DNA of 38,592 nt from an uncultured Eubacteriales bacterium. Lineage in GTDB: Bacteria > Bacillota > Clostridia > Oscillospirales > RGIG577. Where the stretch lies: NCBI GenBank assembly GCA_964564795.1, contig CAZMCJ010000002.1, positions 1 through 38,592 of the forward strand, read 5' to 3'. This document shows positions 20,101 to 26,739 of the stretch, one piece after another. The position numbers and the translations under genes were made by a program. The notes beneath the pieces were generated by a model that was not told where the DNA came from, did no database searches, and was given only the letters and a program-made list of their open reading frames with translations. The first letter of the stretch is position 1, and each line of letters begins with the position of its first letter.

Positions 20101-22805
20101 AGCGTACCAATGCAGGAAGCCAAGATGTCACGGTCGCCCTTAACGACAAGAGCAACTATACTTGGTCGGAGGGGAATACTGAGGACTTGGCATTTACATT
20201 CACCATTGCGAAGGCTCCTGTCACCTTTGCAGTCAGTGGTAACAGCTACACCTACGATGGAGTAAGCAAAACGGCCACCGTTACACAGACGCAAAACGAA
20301 ACACCCTCCATGGCAGGAAATTTCTACGTTACCTATCAGCAAAGCGGTAGCACCGTTACTCCTAATGATGCAGGAAACTATGACGTGATGGTGACCCTCA
20401 ATGACGATAACTTCAAGTTCGAAGGTCAAGAAGATTGGGTTCGTACGGGGAAGGTCGTAGACCTGACAATCAACAAGAAACCCGTCATGGCTCTGTGGCA
20501 AAACTTGCACCATGTCTACGACGGGACAGCTAAGACCATTACCTTTGGTGTTACGGGCATTGAGACTGGGGACAAGAATCATGTGACGGCGCAGCTTTCT
20601 GAGGGAAGCAGAAAAACCGCAGCAGGTTCCTATCCCGTAGTCGCAGAGTTGACGGGCACCCGTTCATCCAACTACACCCTGACCAATCCCATGGGTACAT
20701 TGGTTATCCAGAAAGCCCCCGTCACCTTTACTGTCAGCAATGACTCTGTGCAATATAACGGTAGTGCCTGTGCTGCCACAGTAACGGCAAACGCCAACAG
20801 CTGTGCCTTTACCGATATCGTGGTCACCTATCGTAAGGATGGCAAGGATGTATCAGCTCCTACCGAAGTGGGGAGCTACGACATTTATGCCAGCATCTCT
20901 AACGACAATTATCGCCATGCCGACATAACGGATGGCAAAGCACGAAAGGTTGGCGTTCTGAATATTTATAAGACAGCGGCTCCTGCTTCCTATACATTTT
21001 CCTTCAGTGGTGGCTCTGGTGCAACAGGAACGATGGCATCACTGCCTGCCACTCAGCCGGGAACGCTTCTCATCTTGCCCCAAAATGCCTTTACCAAAAC
21101 GGGCAGCATTTTTACAGGATGGAGGTACAATGGAAAGGTCTATCAGCCAAATGAGAGCATAATACAAGGAAGCTCCAATATTACCATGACGGCACAATGG
21201 GCGGATTTTGTTTACTCGATTAGCGGGAAAGTCAATCAAAACAGCAATCCCGCAGCTGATGCAGTGGTCTTTCTTATGCGTGGAAGTGAAAAACTTGCTG
21301 AAACTGTGACCGATACAAATGGTGATTACCACTTCGCCACAGTTGTCCCTGGAATGTATAACATGGTTGCGTCCAAGAATGGCATAACTCAGACGGTTAT
21401 GGTGGAGATTGTCGCAGCCGATGCTTCTGACAAAAATATTTCCTTGCCCCTAGGGAAAACCAACTCGGTTGTTCAAGTTGACTCCGGCTCTCCTGCCATT
21501 GTGGTTGGTAACCTAGAACAAACCTTTATAGAGACAGACAGTACAGTCTATACCGAAGAGGATAAAGGGGTCGTTATGGGTGGCGGCAGCGTTGAAATCA
21601 AGCTAAGTGCAAAGGCTGTAACAGCTGATGAAAACAACACCGATCAAGCGGAGATTGCGAAGAAGGCAATGGGAACCGTTGCGCTTTATCTCGATCTCAA
21701 TCTGGAAAAAACAGTGACTTCGGAACTTGGCGTATCAACAACAACCAAAATCCCTGTTTCCAACGTACTGTTGGAGAGCGTAATCCAGCTTCCTGGCGAG
21801 CTTCAGGGAAAGTACAGTTATACGGTTTATCGCATCCATAACTCCGTTCTGAATACTTTAACGACAACTCCAAATAAAGACGGCGAATACATTAAGGTAA
21901 ACACCAAAGGAACTGCGTTGACGGTGTATTGCAAAAACTTTTCCACCTATGCCATCGCATATACCACTTATAGTGGTGGTGACGGTGCCATCAGCATGGG
22001 CACCTATCCCATAAGCATTGATACAGCCATTACAGGGGGTAGCATTCAGGTAGATAAGCAATCTGCAGCCCTTGGTACAAAGGTAACTATCACCGCAAAA
22101 CCCAATGAGGGCTATAAGCTCTCCAAACTAACCCTTATCGACGAGAATGGAAAGTCAATAACCTATCAGGATAACGGTGACGGCACATATTCCTTTATCA
22201 TGCCCAGTACCAAGATTACCGTCACCCCTGTGTTTGAAAAAACGGACAGTTCATTTCCCTTTGTGGATGTGACCGAAGCCCATTGGGCCAGAAAATCCAT
22301 CGAATGGGCCTATGGAAAGAACATTTTTGCAGGGACTTCCAAAACCACCTTTGCACCAAACGCTGCTACCACACGAGGCATGATTATTACCACCCTGTTC
22401 CGTATGGAAGGTAGCCCGTCAGGCTTCGAAAAGGCTGCGTTTTCCGACGTAGCAGCAGACAGCTATTGCGCCGCTGCAGTTGGATGGGGTTTAAAACAAG
22501 GTATCATTAAAGGCTATACTATTGAAAAATATATACCCGAGGAGAACATCACCCGTGAACAGTTGGCGACGATTCTGTACCGTTATGTGGAGTTCAAGAA
22601 CTACAATCTGAACAAAACTACCTCTCTTGACAAATTTACCGATGGTAAACAAGTCACCGAATATGCCAAGAAGGCTATGAGTTGGGCAGTTGCAACCGAC
22701 TTGTTCTCCGGCAAGGGTAACGGGATTCTTGACCCGATGGGCAAGGCTACTCGTGCAGAAGTAGCCACCCTCCTCATGCGTTTTAATACCATCTTTGGCA
22801 AGTAA
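17106..22805 (+). CDS. Giant secreted SLH-anchored surface protein (1899 aa) with GLUG-like, MBG (YDG/YNG) repeat, Listeria-Bacteroides repeat and CarboxypepD_reg-like modules
   Basis: - GAGGAGAG RBS and a signal peptide (MKKRILSMILAVFMMVGLLPSAALPAMA/AE).
- GLUG-like GGIAG/GGIVG motifs.
- At least 8 repeats centred on YDG/YNG followed by T/S-rich strands.
- FTGW Listeria-Bacteroides repeat and a TDTNGDYHF module.
- Three C-terminal SLH domains. Confidence 0.9.
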   Translation: MKKRILSMILAVFMMVGLLPSAALPAMAAESVWDGYSIDTTWYTSNTSATTFHIGTAAELAGLASLVNNGTTTFQNNTIYLDADIDIKNKAWTPIGNGSGDGRYFNGTFDGQGHVISNVRVLVSDNNKYLSAGLFGSAGNTIRNLGVVDVVSWCNLENKPSGYYAYSGGIAGRSATAIENCYTYSTQPNVQMITVMTSGTSGDGSGGIVGQILSGKVSGCYSNTKAVGMTNVGNIAGEAVGNIDSCYWFSSTLGAKGGGTGAVTNSSQYTDNDDLVKKLNTWVKAKQDPTLYLWKIEGGRVVHDIPWSASYTATVTVNKDGSQWTSGAPVINLSYGWNGNTGIAATSNSNGVYTFSNLDPDPLWAYFIWEKGTPDTYTNLYVQSATNAATLNYYSLSLAKGTGIASVSGSGIYLSGKSANINATPSAGYEWDKWSDNNTTQNRAFTVNAKTDLIAYARLMDTTAPTLSGNNPTAVSFGYTTAPSMTVSITNKDDTNFNYSYEWYTATGTAIAGATSETYTAPAALDAGTHNYTVRVIATNKADNSKTAFFDKTFAVTVNKASGSVSVAMAGWTYGDSKANPVPTSTTNGTGGVSYTYAGRNGTTYANSEIKPENAGDYTVTATFAASGNYAQSTATADFTIAKATLTPSVASVTGKVYDGYTTASGTISLSGAVKGEQPTAIGTFAWTHKNAGTATVNVTDISLSDSWGNNYALSTTSLTYVTAPGGAKLSPKELTIAPQTAVYNGTATISVSEYPTGIGSEKVTLTYTLSTKNTDTYTFGTETNGFTLALSDTNYSVGSAGNLTVSPKGLTIPANSVIYNGDTSFSASITGENGENVIVTYTTHAKDVGNYTYDGVSGDGKYTMSLSDSTNYSVFSGGTLTVNPLPAALTWDYAEPFTYDKTEKSVTAMVNNKIGDDIFTISYIGNSGTSKGGYTATVTELGNSNYTLAGASGVTQNWDIIAQKVSKPTADATVFTYTGSEQTYTIAPNVLYTVTNNKRTNAGSQDVTVALNDKSNYTWSEGNTEDLAFTFTIAKAPVTFAVSGNSYTYDGVSKTATVTQTQNETPSMAGNFYVTYQQSGSTVTPNDAGNYDVMVTLNDDNFKFEGQEDWVRTGKVVDLTINKKPVMALWQNLHHVYDGTAKTITFGVTGIETGDKNHVTAQLSEGSRKTAAGSYPVVAELTGTRSSNYTLTNPMGTLVIQKAPVTFTVSNDSVQYNGSACAATVTANANSCAFTDIVVTYRKDGKDVSAPTEVGSYDIYASISNDNYRHADITDGKARKVGVLNIYKTAAPASYTFSFSGGSGATGTMASLPATQPGTLLILPQNAFTKTGSIFTGWRYNGKVYQPNESIIQGSSNITMTAQWADFVYSISGKVNQNSNPAADAVVFLMRGSEKLAETVTDTNGDYHFATVVPGMYNMVASKNGITQTVMVEIVAADASDKNISLPLGKTNSVVQVDSGSPAIVVGNLEQTFIETDSTVYTEEDKGVVMGGGSVEIKLSAKAVTADENNTDQAEIAKKAMGTVALYLDLNLEKTVTSELGVSTTTKIPVSNVLLESVIQLPGELQGKYSYTVYRIHNSVLNTLTTTPNKDGEYIKVNTKGTALTVYCKNFSTYAIAYTTYSGGDGAISMGTYPISIDTAITGGSIQVDKQSAALGTKVTITAKPNEGYKLSKLTLIDENGKSITYQDNGDGTYSFIMPSTKITVTPVFEKTDSSFPFVDVTEAHWARKSIEWAYGKNIFAGTSKTTFAPNAATTRGMIITTLFRMEGSPSGFEKAAFSDVAADSYCAAAVGWGLKQGIIKGYTIEKYIPEENITREQLATILYRYVEFKNYNLNKTTSLDKFTDGKQVTEYAKKAMSWAVATDLFSGKGNGILDPMGKATRAEVATLLMRFNTIFGK
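22254..22802 (+). other. Three tandem SLH (S-layer homology) domains at the C-terminus of the giant protein
   Basis: FVDVTEAHWARKSIEWAYGKNIFAGTS..TFAPNAATTRGM, FSDVAADSYCAAAVGWGLKQGIIKGY, and FTDGKQVTEYAKKAMSWAVATDLFSGKGNGILDPMGKATRAEVA. Confidence 0.85.
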
Positions 22806-22884
22806 CCCATGAGATTTAATACATGAGTAAGGATGCTCTGGTCAACGATGCATCTGTGGCATAATCTATCTGTGCTTTAATTTT

Positions 22885-22919
22885 GAGAGGGGCTGAATAC
22901 CAGCCCCTCTCTTTTTTTT
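22885..22919 (+). terminator. Strong rho-independent terminator of the giant gene
   Basis: GAGAGGGGCTG-AATAC-CAGCCCCTCTC followed by TTTTTTTT. Confidence 0.85.
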
Positions 22920-23464
22920 GATTCAAAACTTCTACATGCCTAAAGTTTTGACAATCGCTTTGCAAGGTTAATTCAGAGCATAGATTATACAAAACTAAAT
23001 TGGCTCTATACCCGTTATAGTGGAAAAAATTTGATTTATTGTAATACTATATTTGCAATACATCACCCCCCACTATTCCAATTGTCTTGGTTGGTTTTTT
23101 TGGGTGACTATCCTAGTAGGTGAAAGACCAAACCTCTTAATGGTGCTCCCTCCAAATGTAAGGGTTCCAAACCTAAAACTTGTGCCCCACCATGAGAGTT
23201 TTATAATATTAATTGGTGCTACCCCTCGCCAAATACCACAAAAGTTGTTGTTTTTTATGGCTATACTATCGGAGTTGGCAAGTGGTGAGTCTTGCTTGTG
23301 TGTTATCTGCGAGTTGAGAGCCATCATTCCCCATATATTATTCAAGAGTAGCTTGTATCATCTCACGAAAAACCTAGGCTCAAACTATCGCCATATTATG
23401 CTTGCTAACCCATCGACTGACCACCGATTTTTTCCTATTGCGCTCGACCTCCCACCACACAACT

Positions 23465-23493
23465 TCAAAAAAAAGGAGCGCCCAAAGGCGCCC
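23465..23493 (-). terminator. Rho-independent terminator of yebC
   Basis: On the minus strand, GGGGCGCC-TTTG-GGCGCTCC (one G-U pair) followed by TTTTTTTTT, 8 nt after the stop. Confidence 0.8.
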
Positions 23494-23500
23494 CAAAGTC

Positions 23501-24226
23501 TTATTCCATCTCCCAGTTGTGGTAAACGTTTTGAATATCGTCGTTATCTTCTAGCATTTCAAGCAGTTTTTCCATACTCCGAACGTCCTCCTCCGCATCT
23601 AGCTTAACGTAGGTTTGGCACGCCATATCCTTATCGCACGATAAGAACGCATACCCCTTGTCCGCCAAATATTGCGAAACATCGCTTAGCATATTGCTCT
23701 CGCACACAATCTCGTAAACATCCCCCTCAAGGGTAAAGTCGCTTGCACCACTTTCCAAAACGTCCTCGGTCAGCTTATCCTCGTCAATTCCCGCTGCGTC
23801 AATCACGATAACACCCTGTGGGGTAAACTGCCAAAGAACGCTGTTTGTTGCACCAAGACCCTTGCCATATTTATCAAGATAATGCCTAATGTCCCCTGCT
23901 GTCCTGTTTTTGTTGTCGGTCAGTGCTTCAATAATCATCGCAATGCCACAAGGGCCGTAACCCTCGTATGTCATTTCCATATAGTTTGTAGCTCCGACCT
24001 CGCCACTTGCCTTTTTGATAACACGGTCAATATTGTCGTTAGGCACGTTGTTTGCCTTTGCCTTTGCAATGCAATCTTTAAGACGGCTGTTGGTCGTTGG
24101 GTCTGGCCCCCCTTCCTTAACTGCCACCATAATCTCCCTGCCTATTTTGGTAAAAATCTTGCCACGTTGGGCATCGCTTTTCCCCTTCTTGTGCATAATG
24201 TTTTTCCATTTACTATGTCCTGCCAT
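23501..24226 (-). CDS. yebC: YebC/PmpR family DNA-binding transcriptional regulator
   Basis: Canonical N-terminus MAGHSKWKNIMHKKG. The start was moved to ATG 24226, 4 nt after AGGAGG. The 29-codon upstream extension in the track ORF has no RBS. Confidence 0.9.
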   Translation of the reverse strand: MAGHSKWKNIMHKKGKSDAQRGKIFTKIGREIMVAVKEGGPDPTTNSRLKDCIAKAKANNVPNDNIDRVIKKASGEVGATNYMEMTYEGYGPCGIAMIIEALTDNKNRTAGDIRHYLDKYGKGLGATNSVLWQFTPQGVIVIDAAGIDEDKLTEDVLESGASDFTLEGDVYEIVCESNMLSDVSQYLADKGYAFLSCDKDMACQTYVKLDAEEDVRSMEKLLEMLEDNDDIQNVYHNWEME

Positions 24227-24254
24227 AATTCCTCCTAAAATATATATAAATTTT

Positions 24255-25811
24255 TTATATTGATTGGCAAATTGCCACAAATCCCTCTTTAACGTGGTAA
24301 GCACTATCTTCACTACTCAAAACAACAACGCAATCCCCTGCGTGCAAACGTGTGCCACCCTTTGGCAAAATCTCCTTAGAGCCCCGATTAACAGCAACGA
24401 TAAGGCAGTTTTTGGGCAAATCCAAATCCTTAATCATCTGCCCCTCTGCTTGTGAGCCAAAATGAACAGGAATTTCCAACAAAATTTTAACGGGTGATGG
24501 ATTTTCCGGCACCTTAGCTGGGCTTATTTTATCTAAAAGTTGGTCGTAAATTGGCTGTGCGCCTAATAAATCCGCCACAACGTATGAGCTTAGTGATATT
24601 AGCGAGATTGCAAGAAGGTTTTGGAATGTGCCTGTCATCTCGCAAATCAGCACAATTCCCGTTATGGGTGCCCGAACAATTGCGCTGAAAAAACCCGCCA
24701 TTGCAAGTATGGAAAAGTTTTGGAGCAGCGCCTGTGAAAATCCAAAATATGTAATGGTAAACTGCCCAAATGCGCCACCCGTAAGACCGCCCAAAACAAG
24801 AAGGGGCAGAAAAATCCCACCGGGGCAGCCGCTGCAAAAGGAAACCATCGAAAAGATGAATTTTACAATTATAATTAAAAGAATAAGCGTTAGGCTAAAC
24901 TTGCCAACTGCAAGGTCGTGGATTAAGTTATGCCCACCTCCCAAAACATAAGGGAAGAAAAAGCCAAGAATTCCAGCCAAAATAAAGGGGATAACCATTC
25001 TAAACTCCTTTTTGATAGGAAGCTTATCATACATTTTTTGGAAAACCTTTATGCACAGGTTATAAAACGCACCAAAAAACCCCAAAATTACCCCTAGAAG
25101 AAACATAAGGGGTAGCATTGAAAGGGGGGTTACCGAAACGTTTGTGAAGGTAAAGGCTGGGTCAAGTCCAAAGATGTTACGAGAGATGAAGTCGGCGGTC
25201 ACGCACGACGCCATAACGGAGAGCATTACCTCCACCGAAAAGTTTTTGTGAAGCTCCTCCAGCGAAAACAAAACACCCGCAAGTGGCGCATTAAAGGCGG
25301 CGGCAAGACCTGCGCCCGCACCACAAGTGATAAGGAGCTTTTCCTCCAGCTTGCCACGCTTGGTCCCCTTGCTGATACCCTTTGCAGCCATTGCACCAAG
25401 CTGGATTGAGGGACCCTCACGCCCGAGGGAAAGCCCTGCGCAAAGAGCAATAAATCCCCCTAAGAATTTCTTCCATATTATAGAAAACCAGTTGGGGTCA
25501 AAAATACCATGGAGTTCGCCCTCCACCTGGGGTATACCACTACCCCCGATTAACGGTTCGCCCTTTTGCAGTTTGCCCACAAAAATACCACTTATAATAA
25601 GGAGTATAAACCATAGCGCACCATTTATAAAGCTTTGCTTTGCAAAATCTCCAAAAAATGAGAGGATTACACTCGATTTTTCAATTGCAATGCGGTAGGC
25701 GCACGATACTAACCCGGCTACCACACCCACCAAAATGCCTTGCACGATGAGTAGATAGCGGAATTTGGAGAATTTGTTTAGGGTGTATGCAACGTGGTTT
25801 CTGTCCTTCAT
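24255..25811 (-). CDS. ClC family voltage-gated chloride channel/antiporter with a C-terminal TrkA-C (RCK_C) domain
   Basis: Selectivity motifs GSGIPQ, GREGP and GIFLP. The C-terminal region (LPKNCLIVAVNRGSKEILPKGGTRLHAGDCVVVL) is RCK_C-like. The start was set to ATG 25811 after AAGGAG. The 59-codon track extension runs through the 35-bp repeats. Confidence 0.85.
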   Translation of the reverse strand: MKDRNHVAYTLNKFSKFRYLLIVQGILVGVVAGLVSCAYRIAIEKSSVILSFFGDFAKQSFINGALWFILLIISGIFVGKLQKGEPLIGGSGIPQVEGELHGIFDPNWFSIIWKKFLGGFIALCAGLSLGREGPSIQLGAMAAKGISKGTKRGKLEEKLLITCGAGAGLAAAFNAPLAGVLFSLEELHKNFSVEVMLSVMASCVTADFISRNIFGLDPAFTFTNVSVTPLSMLPLMFLLGVILGFFGAFYNLCIKVFQKMYDKLPIKKEFRMVIPFILAGILGFFFPYVLGGGHNLIHDLAVGKFSLTLILLIIIVKFIFSMVSFCSGCPGGIFLPLLVLGGLTGGAFGQFTITYFGFSQALLQNFSILAMAGFFSAIVRAPITGIVLICEMTGTFQNLLAISLISLSSYVVADLLGAQPIYDQLLDKISPAKVPENPSPVKILLEIPVHFGSQAEGQMIKDLDLPKNCLIVAVNRGSKEILPKGGTRLHAGDCVVVLSSEDSAYHVKEGFVAICQSI

Positions 25812-25835
25812 AATTAGCTCCTTTAGGGTTTTTGG

Positions 25836-25975
25836 GTGGTGGCACCAGCTTACGGTTTGGAAATCCCATAGTGGTCGCACCAGCTTGCGAAGTGGAAATC
25901 CTGCGGTGGTCGCACCAGCATGCAAGGTGGAAATCCTGCGGTGGTCGCACCAGCTTGCATGGTGGAAATCTTGAA
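25836..25975. repeat. Four head-to-tail copies of a 35-bp unit
   Basis: Units start at 25836, 25871, 25906 and 25941, for example GTGGTCGCACCAGCTTGCGAAGTGGAAATCCTGCG. There are no intervening spacers. Confidence 0.9.
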
Positions 25976-26180
25976 GTAATGACACCATTTAGCATTCGGC
26001 GGTGGCTCTCACCCCGCTAAAGCAGAACCGCAAAATAACACTTTGATAGCATGTTGGGTGAGGGGTATCACCTATAAAATAAAATTTAATAGGTGATAAA
26101 TTTTTTCCATCTGTTCGAGCGTCCCACGTGAGTTGGAAAAAATTACCCATTACTTCTGTGCGCCACAACACTTTAACTTG

Positions 26181-26538
26181 CGGGGCGTTTAGACTAATCA
26201 TATTCCCTACCGCTAAGCCAGAATGTTTTTCTTTTGGTTCGTTTTCTTTTAACAAGAAAAGAAAAGGAATGAGAAAACACAGCGTTGCCCGACCACTCAA
26301 TCCACGGGCAGTGGCACCAGATTGCGGTTTGGAAACCTCTCGGCGGTGGCACCATCTTTCGGGGCGTTTAGACCAAACAAATTCCCCGCCATAAAGCCAA
26401 AATGTTTTTCTTTTGATTCGTTTTCTTTTAACAAGAAAAGAAAATTAATGAGAAAACACAAAGTTGAGATGAACACCCAGTCCACGGGCGGTGGTCCCAG
26501 TTTGCGTGTCGTAATCCTACGGCGGTGGCACCGACTTG
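26181..26538. repeat. Tandem duplication of a 179-bp unit, each with an A/T hairpin and embedded 35-bp-type units
   Basis: Copy 1 is 26181-26359 and copy 2 is 26360-26538. Both begin CGGGGCGTTTAGAC and contain TTTTCTTTT-AACAAG-AAAAGAAAA (26242-26265 and 26421-26444). Confidence 0.85.
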
Positions 26539-26695
26539 CGGTATGAAACCCTTACAGAATTGTCACCAATTTATAAGGTGAAAACCTTACGGCGGCGGCA
26601 CCAGTTTACGTGGTGAAAATCCCAAATTGGTGTCATCAGTTTGCGTGGTGAAAGCCCCCCGGTTGTGGCACAAGTCTGCGTATCAAAAGTCTTAC
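26487..26695. repeat. Six diverged copies of the 35-bp unit in strict 34-35 bp register
   Basis: Units start at 26487, 26521, 26556, 26591, 26626 and 26661. The rough consensus is GGCGGTGGCACCAGyTTGCGkgGTGAAAnCCTTAC. Confidence 0.8.
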
Positions 26696-26739
26696 ATAGA
26701 AATCACCAACAAGGGGCTTAACATGGGGCTTATGCCCCC

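Noticed and set aside
19515-20582. 355-aa minus-strand ORF inside the giant gene (also 18651-19172, 17157-17447, 21039-21332)
   Set aside because: These are antisense frames kept open by the higher GC and the T/S/G-rich codon bias of the sense strand. Their products are Cys/Arg/Gly-rich nonsense.
23053-23607. 184-aa plus-strand ORF, and the 90-aa minus-strand ORF at 23073-23345
   Set aside because: Neither has an RBS, and both have implausible composition. The plus-strand ORF runs antisense through the yebC terminator and 3' end.
25812-25988. 59-codon N-terminal extension of the ClC ORF (MVSLLQDFHHASWCDHRRIS...)
   Set aside because: It is a translation of the 35-bp repeats. A good AAGGAG RBS precedes the internal ATG at 25811, and the channel's first TM segments begin after that point.
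25812-26110. Fluoride (crcB-motif) riboswitch upstream of the ClC gene
   Set aside because: No GATGG...CTGATGA-type core was seen on the minus strand near the start. The channel carries a TrkA-C domain rather than the short ClC-F architecture.
25989-26485. Two paralogous minus-strand ORFs (103 aa and 62 aa), together with the plus-strand ORFs 26128-26394 and 26322-26546
   Set aside because: They arise from the 179-bp duplication. Differences between the copies are not biased toward synonymous positions. They have no RBS, and the sequences are low-complexity.
25840-26679. Functional sigma54 promoters inside the 35-bp units
   Set aside because: The GG-to-GC spacing is 9 nt rather than the strict 10. 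All copies face the plus strand, where no gene follows. The observation is kept only as a decoy or coincidence finding.
25836-26695. Possible CRISPR array, given regularly spaced repeats of about 35 bp
   Set aside because: The units abut head to tail with no unique spacers. The copies diverge progressively. No cas genes or leader are present in the window.
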